From an uncultured delta proteobacterium (GTDB lineage Bacteria; Desulfobacterota; Desulfobacteria; Desulfobacterales; JAHEIW01): 64,000 nt of DNA. The position numbers and the translations under genes are program-made. The notes under the pieces were generated by a model, which made no database searches, was not told the DNA's origin, and saw only the letters and a program-made list of their open reading frames with translations. The DNA is taken from the NCBI GenBank assembly GCA_963706575.1, contig CAVPNL010000003.1, positions 480,001 to 544,000 of the forward strand, read 5' to 3'. Of the stretch, positions 41,551 to 53,147 are shown piece after piece; position 1 is the stretch's first letter; every line of letters starts with the position of its first letter.

Positions 41551-44547
41551 CTAAATGAGGTCCCCGAAAGGCTTTTTCCAGGCAGCTTTCAGATCCTTAA
41601 CTGCAAGCGAAACGATGGTTTCTTGATCGAGTCCCTTAATTTCAAGTTGGGGGGTTGCAGTTACCGTTCCGATGCAGGCGCACGCTGATGTTTTAAAAAT
41701 GTTTTCAAAACCCTCACGGTTTTTAGGATCAATGGTCACGATAAACCGGCCGGCCGACTCTGAAAACATCACCTGATCATTACGATCCAGCTCATCCAGC
41801 GGCACTCGATCCAGTTCGACCTGCATGCCCAGATTACCGCCCATGGCAACCATAGCCAGATGTACCGCCAGACCGCCACGGTAGATGCCATGAGCAGAGG
41901 CGACTATTCCCTCAGCGATGGCCCGGCTCAAAGCCCGGTAAGTTTCCAAAAACGCATCGGACCGGACCCGCGGAACATTTAAGCCGACTTCAGCCAAATG
42001 GGCATAATATTCCGAGCCGCCGAGTTCGTTGCGGGTGGTCCCCAAAACATAGACCAAGTCCCCGGCAACTTTGCTGTCCATCGTTATACAGCGGCTGATA
42101 TCATCAATAACCGATATGGCGGAAAATTGAAGGGTTTCCAGCGCAGAGACTTTATGCATTTCACCATAACGGCCGGGCAGATAACCATCTACATACATAC
42201 TGTCTTTGCCGGAAAGCAGCGGTATTTTATAGGATTGGCACATATCTCTTAAAGCCCAGCATGCCCGTACCAGCTGGGCCGCCTTCAATTTGCCGTCAGG
42301 GTTGTCAGCCGGATGGTATTGGATATTAGGCCAGCAAAAATTATCCACGCCGCCGATATGGTTCAGATCGGCTCCAACCGCCACCAGGCGCCGGACAGCC
42401 TCATCGATGCTGCCGGCGGCCATGTGGTAAGCATCGATGGCCGAATACGCCGGCAGCAGGGCCTGGGTAAATGCCAGCCCTTTTAGTGAACTGAGCACCG
42501 GCCGAACAACAGATGCATCACTGGGGATGTCCCGCTCGGCACCGACCAGCGGTTTGATCACACTGCCCCCCTGTACTTCATGATCGTACTGCCGGGTGAC
42601 CCATTGCGTGGAACAGACATTGGGGCGCGCCAGCAAATCCAGCAGCAGTGTTTCGTAATCATCCGGAGCGCTGATCACCGGCTCCGACAATCCCCGTTGT
42701 TCAGGGGAGGCCCACTCGGCCTCGAATTCCCACTGGGGAAAACCGGATTTAAGCAGATCCAGATTGACATGAGCGCAGGTTTTGCCCTCATAAGTAATAT
42801 GAAGCTTTCCGGAATCGGTGTAACGACCGATAACGGTGCTCTCAACCGCATGCTTTTGAGAAAGCTGCATAAATTCAGCGAGGTCCTGGGGACGAATCGC
42901 CACCGTCATGCGTTCCTGGGACTCGGAAATCCATATCTCCCACTGGTCAAGACCCGCGTATTTTAACGGCACCTTTTCCAGCTCAATTTCACAACCGTTT
43001 GAGAATCGCGCCGACTCCCCAACAGAAGATGACAGCCCCCCGCCCCCATTATCGGTTATAAATCGAATCAGGCCCCTGTCGCGGGCTTCCAATAAAAAGT
43101 CGTGCATTTTTTTCTGGGTGTAGGGATCTCCAATCTGCACATGCCCCGCCGGCGTGTTCTCCGAAAAGGTCTCCGAGGCTGCCGTGACCCCGTGGATGCC
43201 GTCTTTGCCCACCCGGCCCCCGCACATGATCACCAGCTCACCGGGAGATGTCCGTTTCTGCTCGGCGGGTTCTGCGTTTATCTGCGACGGCATGATGCCA
43301 ACGGCGGTCACAAACACCAGACATTTGCCCAGGTACCCCGGATCAAATGTAATCTGGCCAAATGTGGTCGGGATACCGCTTTTGTTGCCGCCGTCGCGCA
43401 CCCCTTCAATCACACCGTCCAGCAGGCGTCGCGGGTGCAAATGCGGCTTTAATTCACCGCTATAATCCCGTGGTCCCACACAATACCCATAGCTTCCCAT
43501 GACCAGGCGCGAGCCTTTGCCGGTCCCCAGCGGGTCGCGGTAGACACCGACAATCCCCGTGATTGCGCCGCCGTATGCCTCCATATTCGATGGTGAATTG
43601 TGCGTTTCCCCGGTTATCACATAATAGTGATCAGCATCGAACCGTCCAGCGCCGGCATTATCCCATAACACTGAAATGACCCAGGCTTTTTGCTCCTTCA
43701 GCGTCAGCGTCGGCTTTTCGATGCAGGTTTTAAATAGATTGTCGATCTTTTCACTGCGGCCGGTCGCCAGATCCCGGTAATGAAAAAGGCCCTGAAAGGT
43801 ATTATGGTTGCAGTGATCGCTGCGCGCCTGGGAAATATACTCCAGTTCGAGGTCGGTCGGATCGACAAGCCCCACCCGGGCGCGGTCTGCCTGCACCGCT
43901 TTATTCATAAAATACGCCCGGATGGTGGGGATATCATTGGGGTTTAAGGCCAGGTTGCGTTCAGCGCTGATTTTAATCAGCGTATCATCGCTATCGACCG
44001 GAACCGTGCGAACCGTTGGAATATGATCGAGCCGGACCTTGGGGATAATAAATCCGATTCCGTTTTTCGAATTCCAGTCTTGGGCCGGGATGACTTTCCA
44101 CTGTTGAATAATATCGTTTGCCAGCAGCTCACCGGCAATTTTATTCAGATCGGCTTCCACCAGACCGTTGCCTTCTATGCAGTAACGCCTGGAGGTGTAT
44201 ACGGACTCACCGGCCGCCAGGCGAAACCCCAGCAGGTCTTCAATGGCTTCAACTGCGGTGGCGCCCGGATTGTCGCGCACACCCGGGCGGTATCCGACCC
44301 ATATGGTCCAGTCGAAAGGAAAGTCAAGCGGTTCAAAGGAGGAGAGCTGGGTGACCGGATTTGTAAAGATTTCAGTTTGGATCTGTTGAAGCTGATCCGT
44401 CTTCAACTCAGCATCGATGGTCAAAATGTGGATAGCACGCACCCGGGACAGCTGCATCCCGAAGTAATCCAGTGCCTTTTGGCGAATCCCCTCTCCTTCA
44501 GCATCAATTAGATGGTCCTTCAGCGCAATTTCTAATCTGGCCGGCAT
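41551..44547 (-). CDS. purL: FGAM synthase PurL with N-terminal PurS-like region
   Basis: SDHCNH, ETHNSPS, DNGGGGL, SESQERM, QYDHEV; N-terminal DAEGEGI/NPV PurS-like segment. Confidence 0.92.
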   Translation of the reverse strand: MPARLEIALKDHLIDAEGEGIRQKALDYFGMQLSRVRAIHILTIDAELKTDQLQQIQTEIFTNPVTQLSSFEPLDFPFDWTIWVGYRPGVRDNPGATAVEAIEDLLGFRLAAGESVYTSRRYCIEGNGLVEADLNKIAGELLANDIIQQWKVIPAQDWNSKNGIGFIIPKVRLDHIPTVRTVPVDSDDTLIKISAERNLALNPNDIPTIRAYFMNKAVQADRARVGLVDPTDLELEYISQARSDHCNHNTFQGLFHYRDLATGRSEKIDNLFKTCIEKPTLTLKEQKAWVISVLWDNAGAGRFDADHYYVITGETHNSPSNMEAYGGAITGIVGVYRDPLGTGKGSRLVMGSYGYCVGPRDYSGELKPHLHPRRLLDGVIEGVRDGGNKSGIPTTFGQITFDPGYLGKCLVFVTAVGIMPSQINAEPAEQKRTSPGELVIMCGGRVGKDGIHGVTAASETFSENTPAGHVQIGDPYTQKKMHDFLLEARDRGLIRFITDNGGGGLSSSVGESARFSNGCEIELEKVPLKYAGLDQWEIWISESQERMTVAIRPQDLAEFMQLSQKHAVESTVIGRYTDSGKLHITYEGKTCAHVNLDLLKSGFPQWEFEAEWASPEQRGLSEPVISAPDDYETLLLDLLARPNVCSTQWVTRQYDHEVQGGSVIKPLVGAERDIPSDASVVRPVLSSLKGLAFTQALLPAYSAIDAYHMAAGSIDEAVRRLVAVGADLNHIGGVDNFCWPNIQYHPADNPDGKLKAAQLVRACWALRDMCQSYKIPLLSGKDSMYVDGYLPGRYGEMHKVSALETLQFSAISVIDDISRCITMDSKVAGDLVYVLGTTRNELGGSEYYAHLAEVGLNVPRVRSDAFLETYRALSRAIAEGIVASAHGIYRGGLAVHLAMVAMGGNLGMQVELDRVPLDELDRNDQVMFSESAGRFIVTIDPKNREGFENIFKTSACACIGTVTATPQLEIKGLDQETIVSLAVKDLKAAWKKPFGDLI

Positions 44548-44624
44548 AAATGGTCTCTCGATTGGGCTAATTTTTTCTGGCAAACGGTTAACGGCGATTG
44601 GAACGGATAAACTCTTAAAAGCAG

Positions 44625-44724
44625 GTGTTTTGTGTTTTGTGTTTTGTGTTTAGTAAAGCGCATATGAAATTGCACCAGTTTGATATTCTAAACACTAAAT
44701 ACGAAACACTAAATACTAAACACT
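44625..44724. repeat. Palindromic heptamer repeat (TGTTTAG/CTAAACA-type)
   Basis: gtgttttgtgttttgtgttttgtgtttagt ... ctaaacactaaatacgaaacactaaatactaaacac; same family at 54714-54812. Confidence 0.72.
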
Positions 44725-44733
44725 ACCCCCTCT

Positions 44734-45831
44734 TCAACTAAATATCCCCCTGAAGAAACTCATGATATCGTCTTTATATCTGAAAATATCATTATAAAAA
44801 ACCAAAACAACCAGCAGCAGGATAATAAATAAACCAATTTGCTGGGCAACTTCACGGACTTTCAAACTGACCGGATTGCCCTTGAGCGCTTCAATCGAAA
44901 AGAAAAGCAGATGGCCACCGTCAAGGATGGGTATCGGCAGCAGATTAATAATGGCCAGATTGACACTAATCAAGGCAATAAAAAAAATCAGGTTCCCAAT
45001 CCCCGATTTGGCCTGATCCCCGGCCATCTTGGCAATCATGATCGGCCCGCCGATGGTATCGGTCGATATATCGCCTGCAACCAGCTTGCCGATGATGATC
45101 ACCATCAACTCGGTGATTTTATAGGTTTGAACTAAGCTTTCGATCAACGCCTGAAAAGGATTTAAATCTTTGGCAAAGGCGTCACCCGAGGCACTGATAC
45201 CGATAATAAATCGCTCAATATCTTCGCCGAAAATATTTTTCGCCGGAACCAGTTCAGGTGTAATCTGAAAAACTTTTTCTGAATCCGAGCGCAAGACCGT
45301 TATTTCCAGGGTTTTGCCTTTGCTGGCACCGATGATTTGGGTCATATCATCCCAGCTGGAAACCGGTACGCTATCAATCGAGGTAATCAGGTCCCCCGCC
45401 TCTATTCCAGCGGCAAGTGCCGGCGAACCCTCTCTAACCGTACCCACAGACGCCTTTAATATCATGGCGCCGGAAACCAGAAATATGACGAAAAAGATGA
45501 TAACCGCCAGTAAAATATTAAACAGGGGACCGGCGGCCACAATGCACATGCGTTTGGCCACATGTTTGTGGGTAAAGGAAAGGGGGATATCGCCCGGCTC
45601 CACCTCGGCATCCGGTTCTTCACCGACCATTTTGACATAGCCGCCAAGGGGAATGGCCGAGATGCGATAATCGGTTCTTCCGATCTTCTTTCCAATCAAG
45701 CGCGGACCAAAACCCAGGGAAAATTTTTCAACCCCAACACCGAATAATCTGGCAATCAGAAAATGTCCGAATTCATGAAAAAAAATGAGAACCCCTAAAA
45801 CGACAACAAATGACAGTAGTGTTATGCCCAT
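44734..45831 (-). CDS. rseP: RIP metalloprotease RseP
   Basis: HEFGH, PLGGYV, PDZ domain, NLLPIPILDGGH. Confidence 0.95.
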   Translation of the reverse strand: MGITLLSFVVVLGVLIFFHEFGHFLIARLFGVGVEKFSLGFGPRLIGKKIGRTDYRISAIPLGGYVKMVGEEPDAEVEPGDIPLSFTHKHVAKRMCIVAAGPLFNILLAVIIFFVIFLVSGAMILKASVGTVREGSPALAAGIEAGDLITSIDSVPVSSWDDMTQIIGASKGKTLEITVLRSDSEKVFQITPELVPAKNIFGEDIERFIIGISASGDAFAKDLNPFQALIESLVQTYKITELMVIIIGKLVAGDISTDTIGGPIMIAKMAGDQAKSGIGNLIFFIALISVNLAIINLLPIPILDGGHLLFFSIEALKGNPVSLKVREVAQQIGLFIILLLVVLVFYNDIFRYKDDIMSFFRGIFS

Positions 45832-45905
45832 GGTTTAACGTCTCGGATTAGTTTTAATATATTGAAATTATAAAATTTTAATTGATTTCGGTATTCATTT
45901 CATCT

Positions 45906-46006
45906 GGAAAAATGGAATAATGGGTAAAACGTATGAAAAAACCGTTTTGATTAGACAGAATTCCTTTGAACCCATGATTCCAGCATTCCATCATTCCACT
46001 ATTCCA
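45906..46006. repeat. Palindromic repeat (GGAATAAT family)
   Basis: ggaaaaatggaataatggg ... cccatgattccagcattccatcattccactattcc. Confidence 0.65.
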
Positions 46007-46017
46007 GTCGTAAACAA

Positions 46018-47181
46018 TTAAGCCTGGATGTTGCGAATAAGATCGGCGGCCTTTTTTCTGGCATTCCGATCAGCGTCGATAATGTCTGAAAGCGCCGGAT
46101 TGGCTGCAACCGTATGTGAATCCATGGTTCCTCCGACAATCCGGGCAATGTCGTTAAAAGAAATCTCTTCTTTCAGAAACGCATTTACCGCCACTTCATT
46201 GGCGGCATTTAATACCGCCGGCATCGTTTTGCCGACCTTGCAAGCCTTAAATGCCAGCGCCAGACAGGGAAATTTCTCCAAATCCGGTTTCTGGAATGTC
46301 AGTCCCTGTCCGTCTGAAAAATCCGGCAACGGCTGATTTAGCGGCAGCCGTTCCGGATAGGACAACGCGTAAGCGATCGCCCCTCTCATATCCGGTATGC
46401 CCAGCTGGGCAATGACGGAGCCGTCTTGATAGGCAACCATCGAATGAATCACACTCTGGGGGTGAATAATCACCTCGATCATATCTTCGGAAACGTCAAA
46501 AAGAGATTTGGCTTCAAGCACCTCCAGTCCTTTGTTCATCAGGGTGGCTGAATCGATGGTGATCTTGGGTCCCATATCCCAGTTGGGATGATTTAATGCC
46601 TGCGCTTTTGAGATATTGGAAAATTGGGAAACCGGCAAGTTTAAAAACGGGCCGCCGGAGGCCGTTAATAGAATTTTTGCTAAATCCGCTTTGCGATGCC
46701 CCTGAAGACATTGAAAAATTGCACTGTGCTCGCTGTCGACCGGAAGGATTTGAACGCCTTTGCGGGCCGCATTCCGGGTGACAATGTCACCGGCCATGAC
46801 CAGCGTTTCTTTATTGGCCAATGCAATCGTTTTGCCGGCTTCGATGGCCGCCAGCGTCGGCATCAAACCGGCCGCACCGACGACGGCGGAAATGACGATA
46901 TCCACACCGTCGGCTGTCGCCGCCGCCCGGTAACCTTCATCCTCACAAAGGATCTCGACACGGGTCCCTGCCGCAAGCGTCTGTTTTAATCGCTGCTTAC
47001 TGTCCAGGTCATAAACAACCGCAATCTCAGGGTCAAACTGCTCAATCTGTTTGGCCAGAAGGACCGTATTGGTTTTGGCGGCCAGCGCCTTCACCGAAAA
47101 TCGTTGCGGAAACATCTCGACAATTTTCAGCGCATTGCGACCAATCGAGCCTGTAGAGCCCAGTATGGAGAGATTTTTCAT
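46018..47181 (-). CDS. dxr: 1-deoxy-D-xylulose 5-phosphate reductoisomerase
   Basis: LGSTGSIG, LANKE, PVDSEHSA, NKGLE; start set at ATG 47181. Confidence 0.95.
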   Translation of the reverse strand: MKNLSILGSTGSIGRNALKIVEMFPQRFSVKALAAKTNTVLLAKQIEQFDPEIAVVYDLDSKQRLKQTLAAGTRVEILCEDEGYRAAATADGVDIVISAVVGAAGLMPTLAAIEAGKTIALANKETLVMAGDIVTRNAARKGVQILPVDSEHSAIFQCLQGHRKADLAKILLTASGGPFLNLPVSQFSNISKAQALNHPNWDMGPKITIDSATLMNKGLEVLEAKSLFDVSEDMIEVIIHPQSVIHSMVAYQDGSVIAQLGIPDMRGAIAYALSYPERLPLNQPLPDFSDGQGLTFQKPDLEKFPCLALAFKACKVGKTMPAVLNAANEVAVNAFLKEEISFNDIARIVGGTMDSHTVAANPALSDIIDADRNARKKAADLIRNIQA

Positions 47182-47342
47182 TACAATTTCTAACGATTTC
47201 AATCCAACATGTTTATTTAATGTTACAGCGACACGTTGCCGCAAGGAATTATTTTTTTCGGTGGGTGGGAGCGGCTGCCAGCCGCGAATATCGCAGCAAG
47301 ATGCTGCTCCCACAGCTATAAATTTGAAAAATGCCTATAGTA

Positions 47343-48149
47343 CTAAAAAACAAATCGAATAAAAACGTATGCCACCGGAGAAGCAAATAAAAGGGCGTCG
47401 ATCCGATCCAGGATGCCGCCGTGGCCCGGCAAAATATTGCTGGAGTCCTTTATATTTGAAGATCGTTTCATTTCCGATTCAAATAGATCTCCCAGCTGAC
47501 CGGCAATACCGACCGCAAGAAAGAATAAGATGCTTAAGCTCCATGGCAAATGGGGCAGAAAAAAGGCTTTTCCAATCGCCCCGACCAGCAGGTTGGCGGC
47601 TAATCCGCCAATTGCCCCCTCGATGGTCTTTCCCGGACTGATCGCCGGGCTTAATTTGTGTCTGCCCAAATAGGATCCAACATAGTAGGCACTGGTATCG
47701 CCGGCGAAAATGATCGCCAGCAATAAAAAAATCCAGATGGTGCCGGAGTGACCCTCACGGATGAGAACCAAAAAGCCAAGCGCTACCGGAATGTAGATGA
47801 TTCCCTGAAGTTGCCGTACAATCACCTCTAAAACAGAGCGGTCTGTTTTGAACTGAAACATCGAGATCAGGGCGATGGTCACAAGATTCAACGCCACCAG
47901 ACCCAGGATAAGATCCACCCCCACCCCATATGCCGCCCAGATAATGGCGCAACAGATCCCGTAACCCCACCACAAAATGATACCGGATGGCGATTTGGCC
48001 TTCCCTGGCGCGACGACACGATAATACTCCCACAGGGCAACCAGACTGACCGCACAGACAAGGGTCGCAAAGAAAACACCGCCTTTGTAAACCAGGAAAA
48101 TAAGAAATGGGAGGGCACTGAGTCCCGTTATCCAGCGTTTAAGATGCAT
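47343..48149 (-). CDS. cdsA: Phosphatidate cytidylyltransferase
   Basis: SPGKTIEG, GDLFESEMKR, KDS...PGHGGILDRID. Confidence 0.95.
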   Translation of the reverse strand: MHLKRWITGLSALPFLIFLVYKGGVFFATLVCAVSLVALWEYYRVVAPGKAKSPSGIILWWGYGICCAIIWAAYGVGVDLILGLVALNLVTIALISMFQFKTDRSVLEVIVRQLQGIIYIPVALGFLVLIREGHSGTIWIFLLLAIIFAGDTSAYYVGSYLGRHKLSPAISPGKTIEGAIGGLAANLLVGAIGKAFFLPHLPWSLSILFFLAVGIAGQLGDLFESEMKRSSNIKDSSNILPGHGGILDRIDALLFASPVAYVFIRFVF

Positions 48150-48179
48150 CCGGTCGCTCTTTCAAAAAAAAAGTCGCCA

Positions 48180-48345
48180 AACCCCAAATAACAAAATCTA
48201 AAACTCCAAGTCACAAGCACCAAATTGCAAATAAATCTCAAATCTCAATTTTTCAATTTTTCAATGACCAAAACAGTTTGATTTTTTTAGATTTTGGTTA
48301 TTGTAATTTGATTGATATTTGTGTTTTGTCTTTTGGAATTTTTTT
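48180..48345. repeat. Palindromic low-complexity repeat (A/C-rich arm, T/G-rich arm)
   Basis: aaataacaaaatctaaaactccaagtcacaagcaccaaattgcaaataaatctcaaa ... ttttggttattgtaatttgattgatatttgtgttttgtcttttggaattt. Confidence 0.55.
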
Positions 48346-48416
48346 CAATTCAAGAACTCAGCTGGGCTGAGATATATCACACGACTTTTGTACGATTCAT
48401 TTATGGGGAAATGACC

Positions 48417-49160
48417 CTACACCCTTCCAAACCTGCGTTCCCGTTGCTGATAGTCCTTCAGAATCTCGTAAAATTCATCCTTGCCGAAATCGGGCCAATA
48501 GGTCGGGGTGACATAAATTTCAGCATAGGCAATCTGCCACAATAAGAAATTGCTGATACGCATCTCCCCGCTGGTCCGGATCAACAGATCCGGATCCGGT
48601 ATGTCTTTGGTATAAAGGTGTTCAGCCACGATATCCGCGTCAATGGCATCCGGATCAATCTGCCCGCTTTTCGATTTCCGGGCAAGTTTCTGGGCCATAT
48701 GGACAATTTCCGCCCGACTGCCATAACTCAGGGCCAGATTCAGCTGAAGGGCGGAATTGGCGCGGGTTAAGTCCATGGCCTCACGCAACGCCTGTTGAAC
48801 CTTTGCCGGCAGTCGCTGCATTTGCCCGATCACCTGCAAGCGAATGTCATTTTCAGCAAGTTCTTTCTGTTCTGATTTTAAGAATTTCATCAGGAGGGCC
48901 ATGAGAGCATCGACCTCACTTTTGGGCCGCTGCCAGTTTTCGGTCGAAAAGGCGTAAAGCGTCAGATAGGCAATGCCAATTTCACGACAGGCGCGCACAA
49001 TTGCTCGAACTGCGTCAGCGCCCTTTTCATGTCCTTTAATGCGGGATAAAAGATGTTTTTTTGCCCACCGGCCATTACCATCCATGATGACGGCAACATG
49101 GGTTGGCAGTTTGGTTTTGTCAAGATCTTCCGGAACGCCGGAAGCAGAACTAGAATTCAA
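48417..49160 (-). CDS. uppS: Undecaprenyl diphosphate synthase
   Basis: HVAVIMDGNGRWA, YAFSTENWQRP, IRTSGEMRISNFLLWQ. Confidence 0.96.
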   Translation of the reverse strand: MNSSSASGVPEDLDKTKLPTHVAVIMDGNGRWAKKHLLSRIKGHEKGADAVRAIVRACREIGIAYLTLYAFSTENWQRPKSEVDALMALLMKFLKSEQKELAENDIRLQVIGQMQRLPAKVQQALREAMDLTRANSALQLNLALSYGSRAEIVHMAQKLARKSKSGQIDPDAIDADIVAEHLYTKDIPDPDLLIRTSGEMRISNFLLWQIAYAEIYVTPTYWPDFGKDEFYEILKDYQQRERRFGRV

Positions 49161-49707
49161 GGATTTCTTTCTCTTTTTTTATAAAGCATTCGTCAACGCG
49201 CTTGATATGCTCATCGGTAATTTTTTGAACCTCATCCTGGGCTTTAAAAGCCTCATCTTCGGATATGTCGCCATCCTTTTTCAGGCTCTTCAGCAGTTCA
49301 TTTGAATCGCGCCGGATGTTGCGGACCGAAACTTTGTGGTCCTCACACATTTTATGAACCAATTTGACCAGCTCCTTTCTGCGATCTTCGGTAAGCGGCG
49401 GAATTGAAATTCGCAGAATTTTGCCGTCATTGGAAGGTGTAAGTCCCAGGTCGGACTTTAGAATCGCCTTTTCAATATCTTTGATCACGGATACATCCCA
49501 GGGCTGGATCGTAATCAGGCGGCTTTCCGGCACCGCAAGGGTGGCCATCTGATTCAGCGGTGTCAGCGTGCCGTAATAGTCCACTCTAATTCCATCCAGA
49601 ATCGATAAAGACGCACGACCGGTCCGTACCCGCTTTAATTCTCTTTCGAGCGCCTCGATCGAGTTGCGCATACTTTCCTTGGTATCTTGATAGATATCAT
49701 CAATCAT
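49150..49707 (-). CDS. frr: Ribosome recycling factor
   Basis: RTGRAS, PPLTEDRRKEL, RNIRRD. Confidence 0.96.
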   Translation of the reverse strand: MIDDIYQDTKESMRNSIEALERELKRVRTGRASLSILDGIRVDYYGTLTPLNQMATLAVPESRLITIQPWDVSVIKDIEKAILKSDLGLTPSNDGKILRISIPPLTEDRRKELVKLVHKMCEDHKVSVRNIRRDSNELLKSLKKDGDISEDEAFKAQDEVQKITDEHIKRVDECFIKKEKEILEF

Positions 49708-49833
49708 TGGAATCCCTCGATTTGCTCATTTTAGGCTAAAATTATTTTTGAAATTGGCGCCTTTACGATCATTATATCAAGAATTTAATGATCTCACCAA
49801 TGAAATTATACGCGACAGGTGGGCTGATGTGTC

Positions 49834-50547
49834 CTATGAAATGCGCGTGCCGATATCTTGCCCGCAAACCACCCTTTTGATATTGCCTTTGTCTTTTAAT
49901 TTAAATACCGCCAGCGGAAGTTTGTTGTCCATGGCAAGGGAGATCGCGGTCATATCCATCACCCTGAGCTGCTTTTCGATGACCTTTATATAGCTGGTTT
50001 TTTTAATAATCCGGGCCTTCTTGTTGACAACTGGATCCGAATCATACAGCCCATCGACCTTGGTGGCCTTCAACAGGATCTCGGCATGGGTCTCCTGAGC
50101 CCGTAATACGGCAGCCGTGTCGGTCGTAAAATACGGATTGCCGGTCCCGGCACCAAAGATAACCACCCGACCCCTTTCCAGGTGGCGGATGGCCCGACGC
50201 AGAATATAGGGCTCGGCAACTTCATGCATGGAAATAGCCGTTTGTACACGGGTTTCAAGGCCAACTTTCTCCATGGCATCTTGCAACGCCAGGCTGTTGA
50301 TTACCGTCGCCAGCATTCCCATATGATCTGCGGAAGCCCGGTCCATACCATAGGAACTTGCGCCAATGCCTCTGAAAATATTACCGCCCCCCACAACAAT
50401 GCCGGTTTGCACACCCAGTTCGATGATGGATTTAATCTCCCCGGATACATACTTCAACATATCCGGGTCGATGCCGAATTTCTGATCCCCCATGAGCGCT
50501 TCGCCGCTTAATTTAAGCAAAATGCGCTTGTATTGTGGCCGGCTCAC
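49834..50547 (-). CDS. pyrH: UMP kinase
   Basis: [25 protein letters not shown]. Confidence 0.96.
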   Translation of the reverse strand: MSRPQYKRILLKLSGEALMGDQKFGIDPDMLKYVSGEIKSIIELGVQTGIVVGGGNIFRGIGASSYGMDRASADHMGMLATVINSLALQDAMEKVGLETRVQTAISMHEVAEPYILRRAIRHLERGRVVIFGAGTGNPYFTTDTAAVLRAQETHAEILLKATKVDGLYDSDPVVNKKARIIKKTSYIKVIEKQLRVMDMTAISLAMDNKLPLAVFKLKDKGNIKRVVCGQDIGTRIS

Positions 50548-50550
50548 GAT

Positions 50551-51150
50551 TTACGATTCTCCAATCTGATAGCGTACAAATCTTTTGATGGATATATTTT
50601 CACCGATTTTGGCGATCATTTGATTGAGCAGATCTGCAATGGATATATCCGTATCGCGCACATAAGGCTGTTTCAGCAGGCAGCTCTCCTCATAAAATTT
50701 ATTGAGCTTGCCCTCAACGATTTTATCAACCACGTTTTCCGGTTTTCCCATATCGAGCGCCTGGGCCCGGTAAATTTCTTTTTCTTTCTCAATAATTTCT
50801 TGCGAAATATCTTCCGGTGAGATCCCCAGGGGATTGGTGGCCGCAATATGCATGGCAATATTTTTGGTAAATTCTTGAAAATCCTCATTTTTTGCCACGA
50901 AGTCCGTCTCACAGTTCACTTCGACCAGAACACCCAGCTTACCGGTCATATGAATATAGGATTGAATCATTCCTTCGCTCAAGGCACGCCCGGCTCTTTT
51001 TTGGGCGGTGGCCAGCCCCTTTTTTCTAAGGAGTTCAATCGCTTTTTCAACATCACCTTCAACTTCGGAAAGCGCATTTTTACAATCCATCATTCCGGCT
51101 CCGGTTTTTTCGCGGAGCTGTTTCACCATTGCAGCGCTAATATTCGCCAT
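50551..51150 (-). CDS. tsf: Elongation factor Ts (short form)
   Basis: LREKTGAGMMDCK, EVNCETDFVA. Confidence 0.96.
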   Translation of the reverse strand: MANISAAMVKQLREKTGAGMMDCKNALSEVEGDVEKAIELLRKKGLATAQKRAGRALSEGMIQSYIHMTGKLGVLVEVNCETDFVAKNEDFQEFTKNIAMHIAATNPLGISPEDISQEIIEKEKEIYRAQALDMGKPENVVDKIVEGKLNKFYEESCLLKQPYVRDTDISIADLLNQMIAKIGENISIKRFVRYQIGES

Positions 51151-51152
51151 GT

Positions 51153-52088
51153 TTATTCTCCCGCTATCTTTTCTTCAGATTCATCGATCGGTTTCTCGGT
51201 TTCAGTCTCCCCATCCACGGCCGGCTGCACTTCCTCCTCTACAGCGCTTTCAACGGTTTCCGTCTTTCGGATAATTTCGACGACCGGGCCCTCTGTCCCA
51301 TCGGATATGACTTTGCGTTCGCCCGGTTTCAGTTCGGCGCTGGCGGTTGCGATTTCGGATTCTTCCTCAACATCCTTATCCGCTTCGGCCTGCATTTTTT
51401 CGTCATAACGCGCTTTGCCGGCGACGCAGGCATCGGCGACTCTGGAGGTTAGCAGTCGAATCGCCCGGATGGCATCATCATTCCCCGGTATGATATAGTC
51501 AATTTCGTCCGGATCACAATTGCTATCAACGATTGCCACGATGGGTATATTCAGCCGTTGACCCTCCCGCACCGCAATCATTTCATTTTTGGGATCCACC
51601 ACAAAAATTGCCCCGGGCAGACCGTTCATGGTCCGAATACCGCCAAGGTTATTGTCGAGTTTGACCCGCTCTTTGGCCAGCTTCAGCCGCTCTTTTTTGG
51701 GAAACACGTCGATGGACCCGTCATTCTGTATTTCGTTGAGATAATTCAACCGATCAATACTCTGTCGAATCGTCTGAAAATTCGTCAGCATACCGCCCAG
51801 CCAGCGATTGTGAACGTAAAACATCTCGCACCGATTGGCTTCTTCATAAATGGATTCCCGGGCCTGTTTTTTTGTGCCGACAAAAAGGACCGATTTTCCT
51901 TCCGCCACCGTATTCATAATAAAATCGTAGGCGGTTTTGAACATGGCAACGGTTCTTTGAAGATCAATGATGTAGATCCCGTTTCTCGCGCCAAAAATAT
52001 AGGGTTTCATTTTGGGGTTCCAGCGTTTGGTCTGGTGACCGAAATGAACCCCGGCCTCAAGCAATTCTTTCATAGTGACATAAGCCAT
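51153..52088 (-). CDS. rpsB: 30S ribosomal protein S2 with acidic C-terminal extension
   Basis: [28 protein letters not shown]. Confidence 0.97.
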   Translation of the reverse strand: MAYVTMKELLEAGVHFGHQTKRWNPKMKPYIFGARNGIYIIDLQRTVAMFKTAYDFIMNTVAEGKSVLFVGTKKQARESIYEEANRCEMFYVHNRWLGGMLTNFQTIRQSIDRLNYLNEIQNDGSIDVFPKKERLKLAKERVKLDNNLGGIRTMNGLPGAIFVVDPKNEMIAVREGQRLNIPIVAIVDSNCDPDEIDYIIPGNDDAIRAIRLLTSRVADACVAGKARYDEKMQAEADKDVEEESEIATASAELKPGERKVISDGTEGPVVEIIRKTETVESAVEEEVQPAVDGETETEKPIDESEEKIAGE

Positions 52089-52247
52089 TTTTTTCTCCCT
52101 TCAATACGTGGTTTTTCCTCCGCCGCCGTCAACCCTGTCTCCAACTTTCCATGAAAGCACCGGGAGACCAATTCGGCGACGTGTGTGGTAAAAAATCCAT
52201 TTCAAATAGCAAATTCTATCAGGCTCCGCAACAGTTTTTTCTTTTAA

Positions 52248-53147
52248 TCAAGATCGTTTTCGCATGGACACGATGCGGTCATAGCCACTGTAATCTTTGT
52301 AAAACTGAGCATCTTCATATTGATCGCTGGCGTCGATGATTTGCTTTATCGGTGCCTGCTGATCATGTCCCATTTCCAAAAGAAGGGCGCCGGCCGGTTT
52401 TAGATAGAGATATGCACATTGAATAATATGCCGCAAGTAACGCAGACCATCTTTAGCGCCGTCGAGGGCTGCAACCGGCTCATAGGCATGTATTTCCGGC
52501 TGAAGCCGTTTCAGATCATCGGATCTTATATACGGCGGGTTGGAAACGATCAGATCAAACTGGCCTGATTTTGCATCAAAGGGCGCAAACCAATCCGCAA
52601 CCATAAAACAGATCTTAGCACCCATCCCATGGCGCATGGAATTGCGGCGGGCAACCCGAACGGCATCGCTGGAAATATCCGTGCCCACATATGAATGCCG
52701 GGAATTCTCAGACGCCAGGGCCAAAACGACCGCCCCGGACCCGGTACCCAGCTCCAGGATGGACTTACACCCCGGATTCGGATCCGCCGCCAGGTTTTCC
52801 AAAGCCCTTTCAACCAGACATTCGGTTTCCGGACGCGGGATCAGGACATCCCTGTTGACTTCCAGATCCATTGACCAGAATTCCTTGTGTCCCACAATAT
52901 ATGCCACCGGCTCCCGTTTTGTGCGGCGTTTGATCAGCGTTTTAAAGCGGTTCAATTCATCAGAATTCAGCGGTTGATCGTAGCGCAGATATAAATCAAT
53001 TCGCTTTACGCCCATCGCGTGCGCCAAAAGAATTTCGGCAGTCGCCCGGGGGCTGTCGATATCGTGGGCGTCAAAGTACGCTGTGGCCCATTGAATCAGT
53101 TTAATCAGGGTCCATTCCGGTGGGCCGGGTTTGGTTTGTTTGTGCAT
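52248..53147 (-). CDS. prmC: Release factor glutamine methyltransferase
   Basis: [21 protein letters not shown]. Confidence 0.95.
   Translation of the reverse strand: MHKQTKPGPPEWTLIKLIQWATAYFDAHDIDSPRATAEILLAHAMGVKRIDLYLRYDQPLNSDELNRFKTLIKRRTKREPVAYIVGHKEFWSMDLEVNRDVLIPRPETECLVERALENLAADPNPGCKSILELGTGSGAVVLALASENSRHSYVGTDISSDAVRVARRNSMRHGMGAKICFMVADWFAPFDAKSGQFDLIVSNPPYIRSDDLKRLQPEIHAYEPVAALDGAKDGLRYLRHIIQCAYLYLKPAGALLLEMGHDQQAPIKQIIDASDQYEDAQFYKDYSGYDRIVSMRKRS

Noticed and set aside
41551..44547. PurS-PurL fusion as a novelty
   Set aside because: Known arrangement in deltaproteobacterial lineages
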